From Octopus sinensis (Eukaryota), in the NCBI RefSeq assembly GCF_006345805.1, contig NC_043006.1, forward strand, positions 71,052,001 through 71,116,000: a stretch of 64,000 nt of DNA, in the 5' to 3' direction. Each line of letters starts with the position of its first letter. Position 1 is the first letter of the stretch. The notes under the pieces were generated by a model, which did no database searches, was not told the origin of the DNA, and saw only the letters and a list, made by a program, of their open reading frames with translations. This document shows positions 39,021 through 49,889 of the stretch, piece after piece. Both the position numbers and the translations under genes were made by a program.

Positions 39021-39692
39021 AGGATGTTGAACGAAACACCCATGTTTCCAGAAGTGAATCATTCAAACCCCAAAGAATCCCTCTCATCACATGGCTATGA
39101 TGCCCTCCCCCACTACTTCTGCTCGTGATCAGAGATGCACATATCGTCAGCCACTAAGGGACATACGCAACTGGTTAAGGTCAAACAACTGATAAGCATA
39201 TCTGTGGTATTGAGCAGAATATTTGCTGTAGCCCATCTTTTATACCAAGACAAAATAATGTACATGATAACACTTCTAATCAGTTAAGATAAGAGACCAT
39301 CAGATCCATTGCCTAGTACTGCATCAAGGAATTCATTATTATTATTATTATTAAGGCAGTGAGTTAGAATCGTTAGTATGTTGGACGAAATGTTTAGCGG
39401 TATTTCTCCCAATGTTATGTTTTGAGTTCAAATTCTGCTGAGGTCAACTTTGCTTTTCATCCTTCGGGGTCGATAAAATAAGTACCAGTCAAATATTCTG
39501 CTCAATACCACAGATATGCTTGTCAGTTGTTTGACCGTGACCAGTTGAGTATTTCCCTTAGTGGCTGATGATATGTGCATCTCTGATCATGAGCAGAAGT
39601 AGTGGGGGAGCATCATAGCCATGTGATGAGAGGGATTCTTTGGGGTTTGAATAATTCACCTCTGGAAACATGGGTGTTTAATTCAACATCCT
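39021..39692. repeat. Inverted pair of one repeat family (about 203-bp arms) around a SINE fragment
   Basis: 39021-39224, part of a repeat spanning about 38775-39250, is the reverse complement of 39491-39692 with scattered mismatches. Confidence 0.85.
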
Positions 39693-40381
39693 ACCCCACT
39701 CAAAAAACTGCTGGCCCTCTGCAATAATTTAAAAACATTATTATTATCAGAAGCTGGCCCCATGCCATTAAAAATGGCAGCTAATTGTAGTATTTTTTAT
39801 ATGAATATGGATAGTAAGTCAAATAAATACACTTGTCAATATTATGTAGTGGCTGTCTTTTGAGATTTGAAATCAATCATCGTTTGTTACTTCCCTTGTA
39901 CATACACACACATACAAACATTCACATACTTCCCTCGTACATATACACACATATACTCACATAGAGGTGAAACGCTGTTTGATTTTTCTTTTCAGCATTG
40001 AATGTTCACCATCCCACTTCCATTGCACACACACACAAACATTCACATACCTCCCTTTTACATACACACACATATACTCTCAGAGTTGAAACACTCCCAC
40101 TACCAGTTTGCTATCACCCTTTCCTTCCTTCCTTCCTTCCTTATTCATCTATCACCCCCTCGTTTCTTATTCATATGTTGTGACGGAGAAAAACACAAGA
40201 GTATTATTATAGTAGATTATTAAGATGGCGAGTAGATGGAATTATTAGCATGCTGGACAAAATGCATTCCAGCATTTCTTCCAACATGTTCTTTCATCCT
40301 TTCGGGATCAATAAATTAAGTACCAGTGAAACATCGGAGTTGATGTTATCGACAGGTCCCTTCACCCAAAATTTAAGGCTT

Positions 40382-40389
40382 TGTGGATG

Positions 40390-40424
<35 letters not shown>

Positions 40425-40451
40425 GGATGATTGTTGTTGTTGTTGTGGTTG

Positions 40452-40483
<32 letters not shown>

Positions 40484-40510
40484 GGATGATTGTTGTTGTT
40501 GTTGTGGTTG

Positions 40511-40549
<39 letters not shown>
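40382..40549. repeat. Compound (GTT)n microsatellite punctuated by GTGGATGATT / GTGGTTGATT
   Basis: Directly visible higher-order periodicity. Confidence 0.9.
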
Positions 40550-41929
40550 CTGCCGAGGGCATCTTTGCCTTTCATTCTTTCAGGGGTCAATGAAATAAGT
40601 ATGAATTACACACTGGAGCCGATGGCCTTGTGCCTATAGTAGAAAGGATTATTATTATTATTTGGTTTCCCGTCATGCAACAGGTTTTTCAAGGTGTCAT
40701 CTTCTCCCCATCAGATCCATGTGGACCACAAAATATTGATATAACCCTCCAGACCTCTTGTTCCACAAATCACCGACCAACAATATAAGTAAGTCCGGTA
40801 CTTTTAGGTTCTCTCACCTCATTAAAAAATTGGGTTATTTCCCCACTAAAAAATCGAGTTAATGTGGCGACAAGAGATTGGATTAAAAGTGCTAGATCCT
40901 TTTAATTCAATACTTCAACACATTGTTGACTTTTGACCTCCTTAATTGATGTGGTATGATTTGTTATCAAAATGTTATTAGATTCAATAATACGTTTAAT
41001 TTTTCCAGTTTTCATGTTTATTATTTTTTCAGTTTCGTATGATTTGTTATAAAAATATTATCAGATTCAATAAGACGTTTAATCTTTTTGCTTTTCATGT
41101 TTATTAATTTTTTCATATTTTTTTGTTTTATTGAGGGTTAAACAATTTTTTTAGTTGGAGGAGATAACCCAATTTTTCAATGGGGGTCAGGTAACCAAAA
41201 AGTACTATAGGTCCTTCCAAGTTAGCCTGTTTGATCTGTCAGGAGTAACTACTCTATAACTTCTCCATAACTTCTCATACAGTGATAAGATCCCTCACAA
41301 AGACGGGAAACCAGTCTACAAACGTGCTTGTCCCAACTATCTGTTGAGAACTAATATGTAACAAAAGCCAGTTATTGTGATCACTTTAGAACGAAATTTC
41401 ATTGATAACAATAGCAGATGGATTACATAATGAGAAAATATAGAATTTGGGACCCACACTCATTTTGATAACAATAACCAATAAATAGCATCTGTGATTA
41501 TTACAAATAGCTGAATCTGGTTTACTGAGTGAAAGCGGTTGTCTCCCTTGCGTAGTGTTTTGTCTTTGTACAACATTGTCAAGATGACTTCTTGGTAGGA
41601 ATGAAAAGTGCGCGCGCGCAAGTGTGTGTGTGTGTGTGTGCATTCATTTATACATTTATTCATACATATCATCATCATCATCGTTTAACGTCTGCTTTCC
41701 ATGCTTGCATGGGTTGGACAATTTTGACTGAGGGCTGGTGAACCAGATGGCTGCACCAGGCTCCAATCTTGATTTGGCAGAGTTTCTACAGCTGGATGCC
41801 CTTCCTAACGCCAACCACTCCGAGAGTGTAGTGGGTGCTTTTTACGTGCCACCGGCACGAGGGCCAGTCAGGCGGTACTGGCAACGACCACACTCGAATA
41901 TATATATATATAATGTATATCCAAGTTTG

Positions 41930-41970
<41 letters not shown>

Positions 41971-42325
41971 TACTCTTTTACTTGTTTCAGTCATTTGACT
42001 GTGGCCATGCTGGAGCACCGCCTTTAGTCGAGCAAATCGACCCCGGGACTTATTCTTTGTAAGCCCAGTACTTATTCTATCGAACCGCTAAGTGACGGGG
42101 ACGTAAACACACCAGCATCGGTTGTCAAGCAATGCTAGGGAGACAAACACACACATATATATACATATATACGACAGGCTTCTTTCAGTTTCTGTCTACC
42201 AAATCCACTCACAAGGCATTGGTCGGCCTGGGGCTATAGCAGAAGAGACTTGCCCAAGATGCCACGCAGTGGGATTGAACCCGGAACCATGTGGTTGGTT
42301 AGCAAGCTACTTACCACACAGCCAT

Positions 42326-42358
<33 letters not shown>

Positions 42359-43271
42359 GCGTTTGTATATATATTTTACTTGTTACAGACTGCGGCCATG
42401 CTGGGGCATCACTTTGAAAAATTATTTTTCGAATGAATCGACCCCAGTACTTATTTTTTTGTTAAGCCTGGAAACTTGTTCTATCAGTATCTTTTGGCGA
42501 ACTGCTGGTTGACGGGTATGTAAACACACTAACACCGGTTATCAAGCGGTGGTGGCACACACACTATGATTAAGGTAATCCTTTCTACTATAGACACCAG
42601 GCCCAAAATTTTGGGGAGGGGGATAATCGATTATATCGACTCCAGTACTCAACTGGTACTTAATTTATCGACCACGAAAGGATGAAAGGCAAAGTCGACC
42701 TCGACGGAATTTGAACTCAGAACGTAAAGACGGACGAAATGTTGTGAAGCATTTCGCCCGGCGTGCTAACGATTCTGCCAACTTGCCACCTTTACGTTTA
42801 CATAAATAATAGAAAATGGAATGAGCGACATTTAAAAATCACTACAATTGTTTCAACGTATTTTTACACCCGTAGTGCATCGGTGATATGTTGTGTAATC
42901 ATTATCATTACTCCATGGTGTAAAATGCACCTCCTCAGGTGGTAATTTAAATAAATCCATCGTCAGATCCTACTGTCATTTCTCTCCGTGTGAGAATGCG
43001 TACCCAAAGTATATTCTGTATTCATATCCTACTGTATGTAGGATATATATACACGCTGTCGGTATCCTACACACATCATATCGTCTTCATTTATAATATA
43101 GCGGGTTCGGTACCGCTTTTTTTAAATGTAAAGTTGTTCTTATCCAAGAAATACCAAAATTTCCCGCCAATCTTTGGATTTCCTTTTTTCCATTTTATCA
43201 GACATTGGACAGTAAAGTCTTTCTAGATTCTTCCTTTACCTAGAATTTGTTCTGTGATTGCTAGGAATATA

Positions 43272-43490
43272 AGGCGGCGAGCTGGCAGAATCGTTACCGC
43301 GCTGGACGAAATGCTTCGTGGTATTTCGCCCGTCGCTCCGTTCTGAGTTCAAATTCCGCCGAAGCCGACTTTGCCTTTCATCCTTTCGGGGTCGATAAAT
43401 GAAGTACCAGTTGCGTACTGGCGTTGATCTAATCGACAGGCCCCCTCCCCCAAAATCTCAGGCCTTGTGCCTATAGAAGAAAGGATTATT
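43272..43490 (+). mobile_element. SINE family C representative (tRNA-like head plus CORE-like GCCTTTCATCCTTTCGGGGTCGATAAA)
   Basis: B-box GAGTTCAAATTCC. Other copies lie at about 17450-17660, 22960-23170, 26580-26740, 35468-35677, 39355-39490, 42575-42790, 44380-44765, 49505-49715, 50085-50275, 50503-50731, 54920-55112, 61690-61897 and 62251-62650. Confidence 0.85.
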
Positions 43491-43502
43491 GCTAGAATAT
43501 GA

Positions 43503-43820
43503 AGGCGTGTGGTTTAGTGGTTAGGGTAATCAGCTGAAAATCGCAGGGTCGTGATTTCAATTCCCGGCGACGCCTTGTGTCCTCGAGCAAGACACTTTAT
43601 TTCATGTTGCTCCAGTCCACTCTGTTGGCAAAAATGAGTAGTACCCTTATTTCAACGGGCTAGACATGTCACACTCTGTCACATTGAATCTCCCTAAGGA
43701 CTACTTTAAGGGTACGCGTGTCTGTGGAGTTTCCAGCTACTTCTACGTTAATTTCACAGGCAGGCTGTCCCGTTGATCGGATCAACTGTAACGCTCGTCG
43801 TCGTAAGCGACGGAGTGCCA
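43503..43820 (+). mobile_element. SINE family D representative (tRNA-like head plus CORE-like GAGCAAGACACTTTATTTCA.GTTGCTCCAGTCCAC)
   Basis: Other copies lie at about 8345-8645, 22285-22615, 32460-32730, and one split copy at 62020-62877. Confidence 0.8.
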
Positions 43821-46115
43821 CTTATGGTAGGACCAAATCAAACGTGGACGCAGTGACGTCAGCTGTTTATTGCTTACAACTAACCTTTAACATTGTTTTT
43901 TTCCTTGGGCTGTAGGACTCAGTAGGTCAGTTACCCATTTCCCATGGCGCGTAAGTGACCGAGGTCATAACTTTAGGTGAAGGCATGGCTGCGTGGTAAG
44001 ACGTTTGCTTCCTAGCCACACAGTTCCGGGTTGAACCTCATGCGTGGCACCTTGGGCATGTGTCTTCTACTATAGCCCCAGGTCGACTAAAGCCTTGTGA
44101 GTTGATTTGGTTGAGGGAAACTTAAAAAAAGCCCGTCGTGTGTGTGTGTGTCTTTGCGCCTGTGTTTGTCCCTTACCACCGCTTGACAACATGTGTTGGT
44201 GTGTTTACGACCCAGTAAATTAGCGGTTCGGCAAAAAGAAACCGATAGAATAAGTATCAGGCTTAACAGAAAATAAGTCCTGGCGTCGATTCATTCGACT
44301 AAAAATTCTTCAAGGCGTTGCTCCAGCATGGCCGTAGTCTAATGACTGAAACAGGCAAAAGATAAAAGAGAAAATTTTTAGAGGAGGGGACAAATCAGCT
44401 CCATCGACCTCAGTACATGGCTGGAACTGTATTTTAATAGACCCCGAAAGGATGAGAAGCAAAGTTTAGCTCGGCGGGATTTGAACTCAGAACGTAAAGA
44501 GCCAAAAGAAATGGCGCTTAACATTTTGTCCAAGGTGTTAATGATGCTTCCAGCTCTCCGCCCTTGTAAAATAATGGCACAAGGCCAGCAATTTTGGTTG
44601 TTAGGAGGAAGTCGATTACATCAACAACTGGTACTTAATTTATCGACCTCGAAAGGATGAAAGGCAAAGTCGACCTCGGTGGAATTTGAACTCAGAATGT
44701 AGCGACGGGCGAAATACTGCGAAGCATTTCGCTCGGCGTGCTTACGATTCTGCCAGCTCGCCGCGTTTATAAAATTAAAAGTCCTTTATTGTGGAATAAA
44801 TTCTCGTGAGGTGAATCTGCCGACGAGGTTTCAATTCCTGGCTTCTTCGTTCTTTCATTTTTCTCTCTGTTTTTAAGCCAGGAATGTTTCCGTGGAAAGA
44901 ATGGCATCAAATTTCCATTTACCATTTCTTCCCATAAATTCCAAGTCGCTTGTTTCTTTTATTTTGCCTAATCGAAGAAACCCAGGAGGTCAAGACCAGT
45001 ATATCTGGTTTCAATTCCTTGTTGGAACTGATGTCTCCGCTGGGCCGCTTCTCATCTGAGTTATTCATCATTTATCTTTTACTTGTTTCAGTCATTAGAC
45101 TGCGACCACGCTGGAGCACCACACTGAAAAGTTCAGTCGAACAAATCGACACCGGTATTTGTATTTCTTTTTTTAAAGTATGGTACTTATATTATCAGTC
45201 TCTTTTGCCGAAACGCTAAGTTACAGGGACATAAACAAACCCACACCGGTTATCAGGAATGGGGTTACCGGGAGTACAAACAGACACAAAAATACACACA
45301 CACACACACACGCACACATACGCACACACACATGATGGGCTTCTACACAGTTTCCGTCTACCAAATTGAGTCACATGGTATTGCAGCTATAGTAGAAAAA
45401 CTTGCTCAAGGTGCCGCCCAATGGGGCTGAACTAGAAACCATGTGGCCAACTTCTTAAGGCATAAACAGCCATGTCTGTAGTAACATTTTCATATTAACA
45501 CATGGCCCTAACTGATCATAATAACTCAACATCATTGTTCGTTTCCATCATAGTTATTTCTCGTAATAATATCTGTAGCGCAGTGAGGGCATTCATGCCA
45601 GTTCTGAGCATGTGTGACATATAATGGCTCTCAACGGGAGCGAAAGATACGGACGAACGAAATGACTAAACTACTGTCTCGACAATGTTTACATGATGAA
45701 GTCGGCTAGAAAGCATCTTAATTTTAATTGGCTGATTCTGAAAGGAGGAGATATTTATTCACTTGGCTCCTATTGGTTATTCCTCATAAAATAAGGTTGT
45801 CTAGTTATTTATGAAGGCGTGGCTTAGGGATGCTGGCAGCAACTATTGTGGGCGTGAACAAAGGTCGGAGGCATTTATTGCTGTGGGTGTTATTTTCATG
45901 GAGAAGCGTTTAATTCTGTGATAGCGGCTGCTCCTTGAAGTGTTTCAGTTATTGGACTGCGGCCATGCTGTAGCATCGATCCCAGTGCTTGTTTTTATTT
46001 CTAAGTCCGGTACTTATTCTATTAGTCGTTATTGTCGAACTTTTATGTCACAGGAACGTAATCAAACCAACAGCGGTTGTCAAACGGTGGGGAAAGACAA
46101 ATAGAAACACCAGGG

Positions 46116-46146
<31 letters not shown>

Positions 46147-46219
46147 ACCACACCACACACTCACGCCACACACACACACACACACATTACACACACACTC
46201 ACGCCACACACACACACAC

Positions 46220-46281
<62 letters not shown>

Positions 46282-46355
46282 AGAGTAAGCACATAAATGT
46301 GAAACAAAGTGGTAGAAATAGTACTCGAATACCGAAGGTAGAGTAATAATCTTTA

Positions 46356-46567
46356 AGCTGTAAAGACATCACAAAAACTGTTACTCAGAGTTTCACGTTC
46401 CCGTTCGTTGGACAGTTTTGGTTGAGAATAGAACAAAAATAAGGTTATATGTATATATATACAATTATATCGATATAACATTATTTTCGTTCCATTCCCA
46501 ACCAAAACTGTCCAACTAACCGAAACGTGAAACTCTGAGTAACAGTTTTTGTGATGTCTCTGCAGTT
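46356..46567. repeat. Inverted repeat (about 95-bp arms) with a degenerate hammerhead-like motif in each arm
   Basis: 46374-46419 (-) reads AAAACTGT CCAACGA ACG GGAA CGT GAAA CTCTGAG TA ACAGTTTT. 46504-46549 (+) has the same layout with core CCAACTA. Confidence 0.8.
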
Positions 46568-46579
46568 TTATTAATAAAG

Positions 46580-46626
<47 letters not shown>

Positions 46627-46796
46627 GCGTGCGTGTGTGTGTGGCTGCATAGTAAGAAGCTTGCTTCCTAATCACATAGTTCTGGGTTCAATCCCACTGC
46701 GTGGCACCTTGGGCAAGTGTCTTCTACTACAGATTCTGGCCGACCAAAGCCATGTGAGTGGTTTTGGTAGACGGAAACTGAAAGAAGCCTATCATA

Positions 46797-46904
<108 letters not shown>

Positions 46905-47347
46905 GTGTGTGTGTATATCTATGCGTGTGTGTGTTAGTGTTTGTGTTTGTCACCTCTCCACCATCGCTTGACAACCCATGTTGATGTGTTTACGTTCCCG
47001 TGACTTAGCGGTTCGGCAAAAGAGATCGATAGAATAAGTACTCGGCTTAAAATAAAATAAGTCCGGGGGTCGATTTCTTCGATTACAAAAAACTCCTTTA
47101 ATGTGGTGCTCCAACATGGCCGCAGTCAAGTGATGAAACAAATAAAAGAATAAAAGAATATATATGTACATACATACATACATAACGGGCTTTCCCACAG
47201 TTTCCGTCAGTAGAATTCACTCACAAAGCAGTTATCGCCTTGCGGCTATAGTAGAATCTCTTGCTCAAGGTACCACATGGTAGGATTGAACATGAAACTG
47301 CATGGTTACAAAGCGATCTTCGTAACCGCACAGTGATGCCAGCGTGT

Positions 47348-47693
47348 GGACTGACTATCTTCCAGACACACCGAAGTGGTGGGTGTGGTGTGGACTGACT
47401 ATCTTCCAGATACACCGAAGTGGTGGGCTTGGTGTGGACTGACTATCTTCCAGATACACCGAAGTGTGGGCGTGGTGTGGGCTGACTACCTTCCAGATAC
47501 ACCGAAGTAGTGGGCGTGGTGAGAACTGACTCTTCCAGACACACCGAAGTGGTAGGCGTTTTGTGGACCGACTATCTTCCAGACGCACCGAAGTGGTGGG
47601 TGTGGTATGGACTGACTACCTTCCAGATACACCGAAGTGTGGGCGTGGTGTGGACTGACTCTCTTCAAGACACACCGAAGTAGTGGGCGTGGT
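47348..47693. repeat. GC-rich minisatellite, 8 units of 42-44 bp
   Basis: Unit GGACTGACTATCTTCCAGATACACCGAAGTGGTGGGCGTGGTGT with small variants and no spacers. Confidence 0.92.
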
Positions 47694-48006
47694 TTGTTTT
47701 TTATTACTCTAAGGCCGCTAAGTCAAATACCAGTTGCATACTCGGATCGATTAATAGTAATAATGTCTGTTGATTTCAACATAGTCGGGTGAAAATTTTA
47801 GCTACGATTTTTAGCGAATCAAGGTTCCTAATAGACATAAAGAGACGTTTGCAAGTGAGAGAGGTCAACTGTGTCAGTCATCCTTAAATAGTAATATATT
47901 TATACAATCGTTACACACTGGATACAACAGGGATTATAACTTATATACACGCTGTGAGAAAAACAGGGTGTATAACTGGAGAAATTATGAAATAGGGAAG
48001 GTAAAA

Positions 48007-48047
<41 letters not shown>

Positions 48048-48216
48048 AATTGAGATAGGGGTTGTAAATGCAACCCTCCATGGGATAACAAATATCCAAT
48101 ATACTGCTAGTGAAGTACCCAACATAGTTAATACATAAATGTTAAGAACTGCGATGCAATTAATTCATTTACTGTATTATATGGGCAAAGGTAAAATGTT
48201 TTACCACAAATTCATA

Positions 48217-48776
48217 ATACAAAATAAGAAAATGGAGAAATACATCCAAATCAAATATCAATTACCAGATAATACCCAATCACATACTTTATTAAACCAC
48301 CACATAAGAAACTTTAAGGTCAAACATAATAATGTAGAACAAAACAGTGTACATAAAGGAGTAATGTTATACAATAAGTACAATATGTATAAGAGAATAT
48401 AAATATAAGTAAATATAAATATAAATATAAACTACTAGGATATTTTTGTAAATGTCTCATTTATAACTACATATTGACCTACCGTAAATGGCTAATATAA
48501 GTAAAATGAGACATACTTATCTGCATGGCCGAAACAGCTGTAAGATGTAGTCTATATTTATATTTATATTTACTTATATTTATATTCTCTTATACATATT
48601 GTACTTATTGTATAACATTACTCCTTTATGTACATTCCTTTATGTACACTGTTTTGTTCTACATTATTATGTTTGACCTTAAAGTTTCTTATGTGGTGGT
48701 TTAATAAAGTATGTGATTGGGTATTATCTGGTAATTGATATTTGATTTGGATGTATTTCTCCATTTTCTTATTTTG

Positions 48777-48779
<3 letters not shown>
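48217..48779. repeat. Long AT-rich inverted repeat (about 220-bp arms, 110-bp spacer)
   Basis: 48217-48436 is the reverse complement of 48547-48779. The right arm has an extra 14-bp duplication (CCTTTATGTACATT). The spacer contains GGCCGAAACAGCTGTAAG. Confidence 0.9.
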
Positions 48780-48825
<46 letters not shown>

Positions 48826-48844
48826 CGCTATAGGTATATATTCT

Positions 48845-49265
48845 TTTATTCCTTTATTCTTTCATTTGTTTCGGTCATTTGACTGCAGCCATGCTGGAGC
48901 ACCGCCTTTAGTCGAACAAATCGACCCCAGGACTTATTCTTTGTAAGCCTAGTACTTATTCTATCTGTCTCTTTTGCCGAACCGCTAATTTACGGGGACG
49001 TGAACACACCAACATCGGTTGTCAAACGATGTTGGGAGGGGACAAGCACAGACACGCAAAGAAGCACACACATACACACACACACACACACAAACATATA
49101 CGACGGGTTTCTTTCAGTTTCCGTTTACCAAATCCACTCACAAGGCTTTGGTTGGCCCGAGGCTATAGTAGAAGGCACCTGCCTTAAAGCTCCACGCAGT
49201 GGGATTGAACCCGGAACCATGTAGTTGGTAAGCAAGCTACTTACCACACAGCCACTCCTGCGCCT
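48845..49265 (-). mobile_element. SINE family A, full-length representative (tRNA-like head, internal microsatellite)
   Basis: Head GGAGTGGCTGTGTGGTAAG..GGGTTCAATCCC with Pol III A/B-box-like motifs, and tail GACCGAAACAAATGAAAG. Other copies lie at about 4741-5130, 5528-5960, 35020-35295, 36060-36210, 36835-37200, 41975-42322, 43980-44370, 45075-45475, 46640-47150 and 60225-60382. Confidence 0.85.
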
Positions 49266-49889
49266 ATGTGTGTAATTTATATAGACACGTGGAAAGATCG
49301 GGTGTATAATTATGCATAAACACCGGAACAATAAGGGTATATAATTTTGCACAAACACTATATAAAAGGTATGGACAGGGTATATAGCTGTGGACAAAGA
49401 CTATGCAAATTCGGGGTATATAACAAACATTATGCAAACATTATGTTATGGTTAGGATATAACACACACACGCGCACACAGCATGTATTAAGACGCTATG
49501 ATATTGATTTCAATATTTGGCACAAGGCCAGCAATTTCGGGTAGGGGGTATAATTCGATTACATCGATTCCAGAGTTCAATTGGTACTTACTTAATTGAC
49601 CCCGGAAGGAATGAACGGCAAAATCGACCTCAGCGGATTTTGAACTCAGAACGTAAAGACGGACGAAATGCCGCTAAGCCTTTTGTCCGCTGTTCTACCG
49701 ATTCTACCAGCTTACTGCGTTATAAAGACGTTATGATAGTGACAGGAAATAAACGCTATGCTTTAGACACAGCACAACACGCACGCACACACACGCACGC
49801 ACACACACGCACGCACACACACGCACACGCACGCACATACACGCACATACACGCACATACACACACACGCACATGTTTTCAGAAGATTA

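Noticed and set aside
47348-47693. Regular 43-bp repeat superficially like a CRISPR array
   Set aside because: Units are contiguous with no unique spacers, there are no cas genes, and the context is eukaryotic.
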